A model generated the notes under the pieces. It was not told the DNA's origin and ran no database searches. It saw nothing but the letters and a program-made list of their open reading frames with translations. Positions 1 through 12,596 of a stretch of 64,000 nt of DNA are shown piece after piece. Numbering within the stretch: the first letter of the stretch is position 1; each line of letters begins with the position of its first letter. The stretch comes from Epiperipatus broadwayi (Eukaryota; Animalia; Onychophora), in NCBI GenBank assembly GCA_028023455.1, contig JAQFVV010000008.1, positions 1,116,001 through 1,180,000 on the forward strand, in the 5' to 3' direction. Both the position numbers and the translations under genes were made by a program.

Positions 1-1100
1 TTATTGTGTTAGCCTGGATAGTATGGTTGGAATAATTAATATTTTCTTTTTGAAGATTAACAGGTGATTGGGTATTATTATGAGTTACATATCCTTCTAT
101 GGAGTGAATAACATCTTATTATTATTTTATTCCATTTGTATGCTTCCCATCTCATTTTCTATTTCATCCTGACATTCCTTTTTATTTTTATTTTCCTCCA
201 TTCTATTAATAGCTTGTATTATACGATTTAATTGATCTGAAGTGGTCTTTTCTTCCACATTAGATAATTTAATCTTTTTAAGAGCTTGTGTGTGTTTTTC
301 TACTATTATTTGTCTTTCCTTATCTTATTCATTTTTTAAATCTTTCATAATTTGTTCTATTGCAGTATTTTTATTTTCTAATTGGTTCAATATATTTGAT
401 TGATTTTCTAATAATATTTCAATATTATTTTTATTTTGTTTTACGTCTGCATCTATCAAGTTTTGTTTTATATTAAGAGATTGGAAATCGTTTTCTATGG
501 ATTGAATTTTTGTCTCTTGGTTATTTATTTGAATTTCTTGTTCTCTTTTATGATTAGTAATTTCTAGATGGACGTCTTTCATTTTATCATCTATGTATTT
601 TTCAGTTTCTTCTAATTTTTGTATATTTCAAATGAAAGATTGTTATTATACTTTTCATTTCTAAAAGTTTACTTTCCATTTTAGTCTCTATTTTTATTTC
701 AAATTCAATAAATCTTTTCTGACAATTAAAATCTTTTTCTTCAATGACTTTTTGAATTTTTCGTATTTTATTATCCATGTTAGTTTGTATTTGTGATACC
801 TCATCTTTTAATTCAATTTTTATACTATCTAATTTTTTTTTGATAATTCTTCTGTTATATCTGCTTTCAAATTTGTTGATCAGCTTTCATATTTTCCATC
901 TTTGTAGATATATCTACATTCATATTTTCTATCTTTGTATTATTCATTCTTATGCTTTCCATCATTTGTTGCACCATAAACATCATATGATTTAATGATG
1001 AATCGTTATCACTTGCATCCTTTTCTATAGGTTTATTTAGAATATTATTGGTTTCTGATATATAATATTTATTGTTGAAGTCCCCCAGATACACCTATGT
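1..1100 (-). mobile_element. Decayed gag-like coiled-coil ORF of an LTR retrotransposon (runs off the window start)
   Basis: ORF pieces 867-1094 and 325-582 (-) are heptad-rich coiled coil (MMFMVQQMMESIR...; QETKIQSIENDFQSL...). They lie downstream, on the minus strand, of an LTR end and PBS candidate at 1601-1622. The gag call is an inference. Confidence 0.5.
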
Positions 1101-1600
1101 TTTCTTCCTCATTTATATTACTTATAGTATTATCACCTATATCTTATCCAACTATTTCATTTTGCGTATCCATTTCTTTTTCCATATTATTATCAGTTTT
1201 AAGATAAAATATTCTAGATTGACTTCTCATAATCATAAATTTAGTTTTATTTTAATTATAACTTTATTTATTGTTTATTTAATAAGAAATTATTTATCAT
1301 AGGATTTTATACAATGTCTTTTCCTTTTAATATAATTTTAACTTTTCCTACTTTTTTATATGTTATGACTTTAATGCCTACTTTTAAAATTATGATTTTA
1401 AGCGACTGACTCATCTATTTAAATTTTAATTACTTAATTTCAAAGTCTCTATTTAATTTATCATTCATCATTCTACGATTTCATATTATCATTATAATAT
1501 CAAGATTATTCATCATTATTATATTCCATAAAATTTATTAAATTTTTTTTTTTAAATTATGGATATAATTAATGGTAAACTATGGTTTCATACCCCTAAA

Positions 1601-1612
1601 GCTTGGGAACCA
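1601..1612 (-). promoter_or_regulatory. Candidate primer-binding site (tRNA-Glu-like)
   Basis: Minus strand reads CCGTTATA-TA-TGGTTCCCAAGC. TGGTTCCCA is complementary to the 3' end (...TGGGAA-CCA) of tRNA-Glu as I recall it, and starts 2 nt after an LTR-type terminus. Confidence 0.45.
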
Positions 1613-1614
1613 TA

Positions 1615-3470
1615 TATAACGGTACGGACAAGGTGGTCGCATTTTACTATAATCACACTAAAGATCTTCGTATAGGATGCCATGGATGGAATGATTATCA
1701 AAAATTGAATTCATTTCAAATAGGATAATTTAATATCAAATATTTAACATAAACACGATTTAAACTAAATCATTCAATCTTCACTTTTATTAATTGTTCC
1801 GTTGTGCTCAGAATTCAAACTCAGCATAGGTATTACAATTAACTCTCTTCAGGGGTTTCCATCAATTTTACAGCAATAACAATATTTAATATAATCTCAA
1901 TATATTTTTTAAAATTTATTTCAATCAAGTTATTAGGATATTAAATAAGTATAATACATGTGTGTGGATATATATATTTAACTTTATTTCGTAAAATGAA
2001 TAAATAAAATAAATTAGAAACTTATTTAAAATTTAAAACAAACTTTAATAATATTTATTAATGAATAACAATTCAGATTTATTTAATATAACAAAAAAAA
2101 TTATAATGAGTGTTTTACTTACATCTCTACTATTTTATAATATTAAATAATTAATACCTTTTTATATAGTAGATATGTACCTCATAACACAAACAGATTC
2201 TAATAATTTATAATAAACAAATTTTATAATTCACAAAAAGAATCAAAATGTTAAACTAGCTAATCTTGATTTAATTCATATACAAATAAATAATAGTATT
2301 ATATTATACAATCTGTATGAGAGAATTCCGACTTCACGAGACCATTCCTATGTATAGTCATCATTAAAAAAAAAATCTTTCATACAAGATATTAGTCATT
2401 TACACAACTAACAAGAAACAAACATTATTATATGAATTAAATTAGTAACAACAAAATTCTATTATGTCGTGAATAATTCCAATATGAAGAATGGTAAAAT
2501 CTTATCTTCATATTAAGTTTACTTTCATATCTCAGTTTGTACCTCAATCAAGTCGCTTTCATAGAATACCTAAATTTTATTAAATATTTAAAAAAAAGTA
2601 TTTAATTTGATGATCTTCTATTCCTCTTCATTTAGTCTTTCTTAAATGAGTATTTCAATAGCAAACAAATTTCAGTAACAAAGGAAATAAAATTAATTAT
2701 TTTTAAATGGCGATTCACGAAGATAATATGTTCTAATAAAAGTTCATATTATTGCCCTATTCATTTCCATATTTGCGAAGTAATGTTCATTAAGAATAAA
2801 ATTCTTTATTTCTTGGTCATTCATCATTGCAGAGACAATCAAGATATCCAGTTGATCCAAAACATTCTTCTTGCATCATGTTAACATCTTCCACAAATGA
2901 TTTCACTACTAATTGGAGTTTCATTTAAATTGTATAGATGAAATTTATATAACTTTAGGCATTTTAGTAGGAATAGGTAATTATATTTCTCTTTGGTTAA
3001 AACTATAGCTTTATAACCCATGACAAGTGGCGTTTACTGATAGTGCATTTTTCTATAGGTATAATCTTCTTAAATTAATTTTGGTTTGAGTAAATAAATG
3101 TTTTCTGAAGAAATTTATCTGTTTCAGAATTCCAAATTAGAACAATTTTATAAGCTTCTCTAATTAATAAAAATATAATATTTCGTTTTGAAAATACTAA
3201 TAATATTAATAAAGAGTAATTTATTTATTCTTCTATTTGAGTGATATTAGTGTTTTCTAATAAAACTTTTATAAATAAGCAAATCATTCAAATTATTGTA
3301 AATAAGCAAATCATTCAAATTATTGTATGTAGTGGTTAGGACATCGGCAAAAGATAGAATTCTTTAATAAATTATCTAATCCAGTATTTATAGTAGAATC
3401 AACTTCCGGTAGCATGTATTGCATATATCATTTGGTTTTCATGATTTTTACATTCTATAATTGAATTACA
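1615..3470 (-). mobile_element. Probable 5' LTR of the minus-strand Gypsy-like element (distal end uncertain)
   Basis: The terminus TATAACGG at 1615 resembles the TGTAACGG termini at 3674, 12597 and 28474, and is adjacent to the PBS candidate. Confidence 0.4.
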
Positions 3471-3673
3471 TTAATAATCAATAATTGAATTTAATTTAAT
3501 TTCCTTTGTATTAGTTGCTAGACTGCGACTTGATCTGGAGGTTATCACTCTGTCAATGTCTTGGTTAATGAATTTTATTAGTTTAAACAAGAGTTTTATA
3601 TAAATGAATGAAAAATAATTATTTTTAATTGTCTTAATTTTATTAAGACAAGTATAAAAAAAATATAATGTAT

Positions 3674-5655
3674 TGTAACGGGTACACATGCCCTTACATT
3701 ATTTATTTTAAAAATTAGACATTCAAAAGTTCGCAAATAAAATCTTTTGTAAGAAATAAAAATTGAAAGTTAAAAGTCATGTAAACATTATATATATAAA
3801 ATCGCACAGATGAAAAATTATTAGAAGAAAACTATTAAAAAAAGAAAAGTTTTAAAACTAAATATTAAGAAAAAAAAAAAACTAAAAAGATTTAGAGATA
3901 AAAATATATCTTTAAGTTTGTACAATAAATAAATTAATGCTATTGTAAAATGGAAATGATTATTTTAATTAGTTAAAAGCTAGCCCTTGGGCATTGCAAA
4001 ATGTATAAGTAAAGGTCAGATAGGAGAGAAAAAAACAATAGAAACTAATTGCCAATAAAAGAAATCCCTCAGGAAACGGACCTCAATGAAAAGACTATTA
4101 CCATCGTCATGACGTAATGTCCACTGAATCCAAAATTCTAATATAAAAGAAAAAGCTTGGAAATAAATTTTAGTGGGTGAAGAAAGAGCTGGGAAGAGGA
4201 CAGAGAGTTGAAAACAGAGGTGTGCTAGAGTTGAAGGAGAAGGGATTGGAAAGACGCACTCTTCAATCCCTTCAGTTTTGCTTAAAAAAAGAGAGAGAAA
4301 GAGAAATGACCAATCATTTTCTTATATTGAGGACCACAGGACATCGGGCGAATTAATGCTGGCTCCAAATTGCAATAACTGTTAAGCATGGATTTTTAAT
4401 TCTAAAAAAAGAAACTTTTTCTAGCATTTTTAATTCTAAAAAAAGAAACTTTTTCTAGCATGTTAAAACCGTAAGAACATTAATTAATTAATGAACATTA
4501 GTTAATTAATGAACATTAAGTATAAACTTTCCCAGTATTTAAATTATTGCAATAGAAATTCCTATCTGACCAAACTTAATCAGTTATTAATAATTATTGT
4601 ATTGAATGTATTATTATTTTTTAGTAAATCATTTCCATTAATTTATTTTTTCTGTTCTTTTAAGTTTTTATTATGATTTTTTTTCTTTTAAAATAAACTT
4701 AATAAATGCTAAACTTAAGTCGGCGTGAATGGCTGCATAGATTTATAAAGTTATATTAGTTTAATTAAGGTAGGGTAAATCTTAGGTTATTTGTTTCGTA
4801 GTTGAATTGGGTCAATGGATTGGATATATTGGTGTAATTAGTAAATGTAGTATGAGGTCCGCTACATGCAGGATCACCTTATACGACGCACTCAGGCGAA
4901 ATAAGCCTTTCTTATTGACCATCGGAGACAGATGGTATTCCCTGCTCCTTGGATCATCCCTTTGCCTGTAGAATGGGATAGTAAGACGGAAAACACAGTC
5001 CTTTCCTATGGATTTTTTTTTTTTATTGTTCTTCTCACCAGACAGATGTAACATTCCTTTACTGGATGAGAGACAATTTCTTCAATTATAACCATGCTGT
5101 TCAGATGTACATTTCTGACAGTATGATATTTGTGCTGTCATATTCATGCTACATTGAATACATCGATATATCAGATGAATTGATGTTGGTTTAACTGCGA
5201 ACTTTTGGCCTAAGGTTAAATAAGGGATAGAATATTTTCTTTTCAAATGCAATCTATGTAATCTATTCATACTCGACATTTTAGTAAAATATTAAACTCA
5301 TCTGTTCGAACTTAAAAGTTAAATTATAAATTTAAAATCCAAAGTAAAAGTTATATTAAAATAATTCTAAACTATATATGTTTAATAAATGTTTCTGTGT
5401 GTTATTACTGGCAGTGGCTTCTTTTATTTTATTTTTTTATTGAAAATATTTTTGAATAAGAATTCATATTTTATAAATCTCAGCGTCTCCATGAGCTAGT
5501 AGCATTGGGCTGATGGTCAGAATAAAACCATATATATGTAAAGTTAGATCTTAACAGCGCATATCTGCCTACTCTATAAATTTTCTAGGTTCAAGTAACC
5601 TAGTGGCGCTCTGTAGCGCAGATATGGGGAAGACTGATCTTCGCCGACTGTTATA
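3674..5655 (+). mobile_element. Solo LTR (~2 kb)
   Basis: Starts TGTAAC and ends GTTATA (decayed GTTACA). 4-bp TSD GTAT at 3670-3673 and 5656-5659. AATAAA near 5385. Contains internal micro-duplications (about 4393-4460). Confidence 0.6.
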
Positions 5656-6559
5656 GTATATACTAATCATATATACTTATATGATAGTTTTACATACTCT
5701 CACAATATATTAGTAATTAATAAAGCAATTTTGAAAAATGCTTTTACTAATTTGTTATTTAATTTATTATGTTTTGGAAAAATTTAGTTTGCTGTTTTAG
5801 ATCTTTGGCTTTTTTCAAAAAATTCAATTATCTTTAAATTCATTATGCTATTGTATCAAAATGACAAATAAAGGTTATTGTAAAATCATTTGGCAACTTT
5901 TTCCTGTTAGATTACACACATAGGTGTATGAGCATCATTATATGAAAGGAGATCTTCTATATTCCAAGTAAGAAAAATCATTTATAAATTTTTTCACATG
6001 AAATTTTCTGCTTTTGCCACCTGGTGTTGAAGCTGATGTGGAGGGATCTGCCAGTTTTGGTAAAATAGGAGACAAATACACATTATATTTTTATTGGCCA
6101 CTTAGCCATCTCAGTATTAAATTTTTATAAAGAATTATAAAATGTACTAGTACCAGTGATACTTGTTATAAAAACAAAACTAGTAAACTGCACATAAGAG
6201 CATGTTTATGGTGCTATATATGTGAATTGTAAAATAGAGTGAATTATTAGGTTGCATTACATAGTGTAATGTGTAAATTTTCACATTAAAATTTGAAAAA
6301 TGTATCTATAAATAAAAATAAATCTAATTATCCACTTACAATTTAAAAATTTGAAATCTATTTTAATGATTCCTCTTGATAAGATCCAACGCCCCAAGTT
6401 TGAAAAGTTGTGACTAATAGATACTGACTGTTTCAAGTCTATATGAGTATATAGGCAAATTGGCTTAAATTAGATAACATTTACATTTTTCAATTTGAGC
6501 TGATAGCTTGATAGTGAAGCAGGTGATCTGATGCTCAGATCCTGCTTCACAGCCCACTT

Positions 6560-8860
6560 ACAGTCTCCTACCACCAAACCATGTTTAAACCCATCCTTAC
6601 GCGCGTATACATATTTACTAACAGATATTTTTCTTTGCTTAAACATAACTGACGTAGATATTTATATATCTTAACGTAAAATAATTTAATAAATAAATAT
6701 TTAATATTATTTTAATGTGTATGCATGCGTAATGGATAAATATATATATATCCAGTGTGGGAAGACTGATAATAAATCGTATTAATAATTATATTATTCA
6801 TGTATTTAAAAGTCATATATGAAATTTATTATTTTTTTTATATTTAATTTAGCAGTCAGAAAATGATGCAATTCTTTTAAAAAGTTTCTCGAAGACAATT
6901 ACCCGGAAAAGCCCATTAGTTAAAAGTAAAAGATTACAATTTGTAATAGTAAAATAAAATCCATTAGTGGAAATTTTATCCACGCCAACTTGTTTTAAAA
7001 TCATAAGACTTATTTTAAAACAATCGTTCGAGAAACTTGTAACAGAATTGCATTGTTTCAAAAAGACTTACAAAACAAAAGAGATCCGGTCAGCAGATTT
7101 TAGCTTTGCTAAAGTGCACAAATGCAGTTAGTTGCTATGCTACATCACCAAAAAAGGAGTATAAATACTGCTGGATTTGAATCCAAAAGGGAGGAGACAA
7201 CCAAAAATTAACGATGGTCAACATAATCCACGCTAGTTTGAATCTTCATCCAATGTGCCGTGAGTAGGGGAAACTTCATCTTCCCCTCTGTTCCAATATG
7301 CTCGTTCCCGTAAGAGAAGCTCTGGATCCCGTGCCTATGAACTTTCAAATATCTATTAATTAAATCATTAAAAATGCTACCTGCGATGCCTTATTCCAAA
7401 ACTAGATTTAGTGTATTAACGCCGATAAACACTTCCAAACATCAAGGACTGCTACTATTTACGAAAGGTAAAAGAACTTTAGCCGCTCTATGATTATATT
7501 AAATTTCGCCTTCTATAACAATAATCTTGACGCTCCACTCTTAATCTCTTATGTAAATGTTTATATTGTATGTAATTTTATTTAGTATAATTCTATATAG
7601 CTTAATCTGTTCTATCACTGAGCCTCTATTCAAAATGTTTTCTTTTTATTATTTCCATGCGGCAATCATATTTTATTTCATTATTATATTACATATATTT
7701 GTGTTTTAAAATGCCAGTAATATTTCTCGCTAGTATGTAATTCCTTTCTAGTTTTCCTACGCATCACTTATAGGGTAATTAAGAATATATTTTATTAAAA
7801 ACAAGTCCTATTCGACTTACGCAAATGCTCGCGAGTTTGGAAAAACAAAATAATTATCCTATAAATTGTTGTAGGAAAACAGATCAACATCTGTTTTTCT
7901 AAAAATGTCTTTTTATCTTTTTAAAATGCGCTAATCCCAACCGTAAATGTATCTTATATATGTAAAATCTAATTATTTCCACCACCCCATTTGTTTCCAT
8001 ATAAACATATTTATTTCTAATGATAGCATTCTTCTAACCGAAATCTATATTTATTAAACGGTGTGGGAAGTTATTAATAATTTAAAGTAAAGGGAAAAGG
8101 GGAATCTTTATGTCTTACATTTTATATAATTTAATTAAGTTAAATCATCCATGCCTGTTTAGTGATTAGATCATACCATTACGCAGGATATTCTAAAATT
8201 TATGGGTATTAAATAATTAAGATAGTCTTTAAAGCTATATATTTTGTTATCCCAAGCGTTGCGTGCAAGCACCAGGTTTAACTCCCCTGGGGACTTATTT
8301 GGTTGTATGTGCGTGCTTTATATGGGGATCACTCTGGAAAAACCAGCCCAATAATGCATAGCCCGACCGCTCTTTGTTTATAAACCGATCCTGCCAACGT
8401 TTGCAGAGTTATATCGGTATTTTCTCTTCAAAATGAATTCCATGAAGCACATGTTCAGATTCGTGACTGGATCACATCAAATACGCCGCCATGCACATAC
8501 CGCCTTTCTGTTGTATTTCTAATAAACCCATGAACATCCATAAGCCGTAATGTTGTGATTTTTGCTAAACAGATTGCGACGACCTTATTATTATTAATAT
8601 ATATATATTCATTAACCATCCCACACACGTCTGTCACTTTATAAACTGAATTAATAAATATATTTTTGTACAAATGTAATGTTTCGTTATCAAAGTATGA
8701 TTATCTTTCAAGTCGGTTAAATGCTATGTTGTTCTTTCTGGGGGTGTAGTGGCACTTTAAAATTATATTTCTTAATAGCGCTAAATATTATATTCATCGT
8801 TATAGTACATATTATTGGCATAGCCGCAACGATCAATAAAGTCATCTATTAAATGTAATT
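6560..8860. other. CpG-retaining, unclassified repeat or TE-derived segment
   Basis: Many intact CpGs and higher GC than the flanks; no clean ORF; begins TA-CAGTCT; GTGTGGGAAG occurs at ~6755 and ~8061. Confidence 0.3.
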
Positions 8861-8865
8861 TTTAG

Positions 8866-9389
8866 TGTATCAATCAAACGTAATATTATTTCTCTATGAC
8901 CTACTGTTATGTAATCCTAATGAGGCTAATGATCAATCAATGATGACATGCGTTTACATATGTTTTGTTCAAATAATAAATCTTAAACATATATATTACA
9001 ACATTTCCAAATCATTGTATTTTCTTTTATTTAATATTTTTATTAATAAGTTATGCTTCTACTGACTAGATGATCTCTGCTAATATATAGTTAATATGAT
9101 AGATTACGATCTTTAATTGCTTCTAAATTGTGTTTCATACTAAATATCCCACCATTAAATTTAACTTAGAGTCTTTTGTGTCTCCGATGTGCGATGCCGG
9201 TGGTGAGAGATGAAATTAGATCAATATTATCGGGATTGTTGCTCATAAGTTGGTAGATCTGGGAAATAGGCAAATAGGACAGAATTCATGAGTGTTTCTG
9301 ACTTATGTATCTTGCACATGATTGGATTCGAGGTACTTTTGCCTAGATGCTAGATCTTGTTATGTGAACATACAAAACCGACCGGTACA
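8866..9389. mobile_element. Short solo-LTR-like element
   Basis: TGTATC...CCGGTACA termini; flanking 4-mers TTAG/ATAG match at 3 of 4 positions. Confidence 0.35.
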
Positions 9390-9638
9390 ATAGTAAAAGG
9401 AGAAGGAAAAGATGACTATTAAGAAAGTACATTAGATCATAAAGGTACAGATCCAAAACTCCTGACTAATGAAAGCCATAATCTAGAAACTGGTTTTGTA
9501 TAGGATAGAGATTTATTAAGCACTATCATTTTGCATCTATTAATTATTAGAGATTACACTAGGTAGTGTAGCCAGATTATAATTGTATGTACATCCACAC
9601 ATCTTCATTCATAAATATATTAATATGATTTCTTTCAG

Positions 9639-9904
9639 AATGCACACAAGTAGAAGCATTAGAAGCGGCCAGTCTTCATCCTGCAAAAGTACTTAATATT
9701 TCCAGTAGTAAAGGATCACTTGATTTCAATAAAGATGCAGATTTTGTATTGCTTGATGACAAATTACAAGTTCTTGCTACATTTATAGCAGGAAAATGTG
9801 TTTATGAAGCTCCTGGTAAAAAACCATATGAAATTATTCCAGTAGATAAGGAAGGCTTAGCTCAACAATATCATGGAGTTGGAGATGGATATTTGCCTTT
9901 ATAA
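9639..9904 (+). CDS. AMDHD2: Terminal coding exon of N-acetylglucosamine-6-phosphate deacetylase
   Basis: Acceptor tttctttcag ends at 9638. The frame from 9641 gives [56 protein letters not shown]..., matching the nagA/AMDHD2 C-terminus ([24 protein letters not shown]). Stop TAA at 9902-9904. No upstream exon was recognised in this window. Confidence 0.92.
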
Positions 9905-12009
9905 ACTAATTATTTCTCACTTATCTCAGGTTACGAAAAATGCATTCATGTTCCTGCACGATGTGATAATTTATTTATTTTGAAAATTTATATTAAATTA
10001 CAAATTTTTCAGATACAAATATGTTTTGTTAAAATGTTTATTTTTAAAGATAAGAGAACTAAAGACTTTATGAAATTTAAATAAAAAATGTGTATTAAAT
10101 ATATATATTTAAAAGTTAAATTTGTATATTGATTTTTTTAAAATCTGCATTTAGATATATATTTTTTAATAAAATGTATTGAATCTCAAGTTTTGATTTA
10201 TTTTGTATAGCATGATATATTTTTTAAGCAGTTTATTATATAAATATTAATATGTATTTACACACACATTACTTTCATTATGAATAAAAATATAAGTAAA
10301 TATATTTCATTGTCAAAACAAAATAATAAAATTAAAGGCAATAGATTGCTGTTCATATCAACTCCCTTTCTATTATAAATTATTTCTTCAAAACTCAAAC
10401 TACTTTATATTATTACTAAATTTGACAATAAATAAGTTAGTATTAATGAATTTTATTACTAAATTTGACAGTAAAGAAGTTAGTATTAATGAATTTTAGG
10501 ATAGATATTTAGTAGATATTTTAAAGCTTTAAATTTAATACTGAATAGAAAAGCTTCAGAACAATAGTTATTTTTATTAATCTTTAGTGAATATTGGCTA
10601 TCGTCAGTGACATATATTTCTATTAGAAATTGTAACATACAGTTATTTGATGTAATATCAAACTACAGATAATAATACAGGCAAAAAATTTAATAGGAAT
10701 ATTTTAGATCTTAAACATAATGGATTTTAAACCCATAGTTTTTAAACTATATATAAATATTTTCAAGTTTGAAAATAAATAATCTTTCAACGAAGATAAT
10801 TTGGAATAGTTTAAATAATGAAAATAATATTGTTAAATTAAAAGTAATAATAAAACTATAGAAATAAAATGATGATTAATCAGAAGACTGCTTAATCAAA
10901 CAGAAACTCAAAAAAAAGAAATATTTGAATAATAACTTATCTTCAGTGATAGTTGCATAAACATATATGAATTATAAATAAATTGAATTGGTTCAAATAA
11001 TTTTATTCTCTTTTATAGTTATAAACTGAACATAATTATTATATTCTATATATGTATTTTTGTTCAGCTTGTTATTTAAAATATATTAACAAGGTAAAGC
11101 AAGAGTGTTGTATCAATCTTTTGTTAGAAGGCTAAATTTTTTTAAAAATTATCTTATAACTAAGATACTAAAAAATATAGTTTCTGATCTAGTTTTAAAC
11201 TAAATTTGTATATAAAGTAGTTGATTTGAATTTAAAGTTTTGCAATTATTAAGCAATTATCTTGAATATTATAAAATGAATAAAAGATGACAATCCAAAA
11301 TCATGCTGTTTAACATAAAGCCAATCAAACAAAACTCATTCAAGGAAATGCGTTTGCATTATCATATAATATTAGTTGATTATGCAATCTTAACATGTAA
11401 ATGACTTATGCAAAAAATATTTTTCATAAAAGATTTTTAATCAGATTGATAGACTTACATACTTGTAGCTATAGACTTGCAAAACTTTTAATATTGTCAT
11501 TCAATTTTGCAAATCTATTATAATACAATATCAAATAATAATTTTATACACACACATTTTTAATTAATATAAATTTGTTTTTAGATCTAATACTATTAAT
11601 TCTCTAATGATAACTTAGTTGTAATCTTGAAAAAAAATATAAAATTTAAATTATGTCTTTTATACAATTTTTTTTTTATTATTATAAAAATTGATCCAAA
11701 GAAATAAAAGTGTAAGAGGTTTTTAATTACATACTTTTAGTAACTAGAGATTTGCATAATTTTCAGTATTGTCTTTCAACTTTTGCAAATCTATTATAAC
11801 ACAATATCAAATAATAATTGTAGCAAAGAAGTAACTTTGTACTCATACATATACACAAATATTTTAATGCAAATTTATTTTTAGATTTAATGCTATTCTC
11901 TAATAACAAATTCATTTTTAGAGAATATGTTATTTCTGTGAAAGTTTGTGATGATGGTATATTAGATTTGTTTGAACTAATCCTCATGAAATTTCTATTT
12001 GCTGTCTTT

Positions 12010-12275
12010 GACAGAATAGCTCATTTAGTTAAAGCGTTGACCTAAAAATTCAAGAATCTAAAAGTGTAAGTTCAATTACTATGCTAATATTGTCACTGGT
12101 CAGGCCAGCAACGTCTGAAGAAGAACAGAGAATAATAGTATTCAAAACATGTAATTATTAACTTGTGTTGTCTATTTGTGTGTTATTTTTTGTATTTGTA
12201 AAGTTTAAATAAAGTTTACAATTTTTCTATACATTTAACAATAATTGATGGAAATAATCCAATATATTACATAAA
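12010..12275 (+). mobile_element. Family-1 tRNA-like + hammerhead-motif element, copy A
   Basis: GACAGAATAGCTCA A-box-like head, AAGTTCAATT B-box-like motif, then CTGAAGA...AAAACATGT. Clearly homologous to 40120-40413 and 44519-44792. Confidence 0.6.
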
Positions 12276-12596
12276 ACATATTAACAATTTGGTTATATGT
12301 GTTTTATTTATGCTAAGTTTTTTGCTCATCATGGGAAGTTATTTGTCATTTCTAATATGCTAATATTTTCTACTAAATCATTACTTTGAATGCAACTAAT
12401 TCATCATTTAAATACATGATTACCATACAATATTTCAAATTTGTGAAATGAATTTATATAATTTTTTAAAATAAAAGTAATTTACAATTTTACATTCTCC
12501 CAATGACTAGGGAATTGTGAGGTTAGTTTTATATGATCAAGTAGAGATTGTTTATCGTAAAAGTATCAAGGCATTCTTAAAAATATCTTATAATAG

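Noticed and set aside
5911-5967. AG/GT-bounded segment as an upstream AMDHD2 coding exon
   Set aside because: Stop codons in all three frames and no similarity to nagA.
8380-8560. Tyrosine-recombinase-like HQIRRH and Tc1-like HYWAGFS peptides
   Set aside because: Short, on opposite strands, surrounded by stops, and lacking the other catalytic residues.
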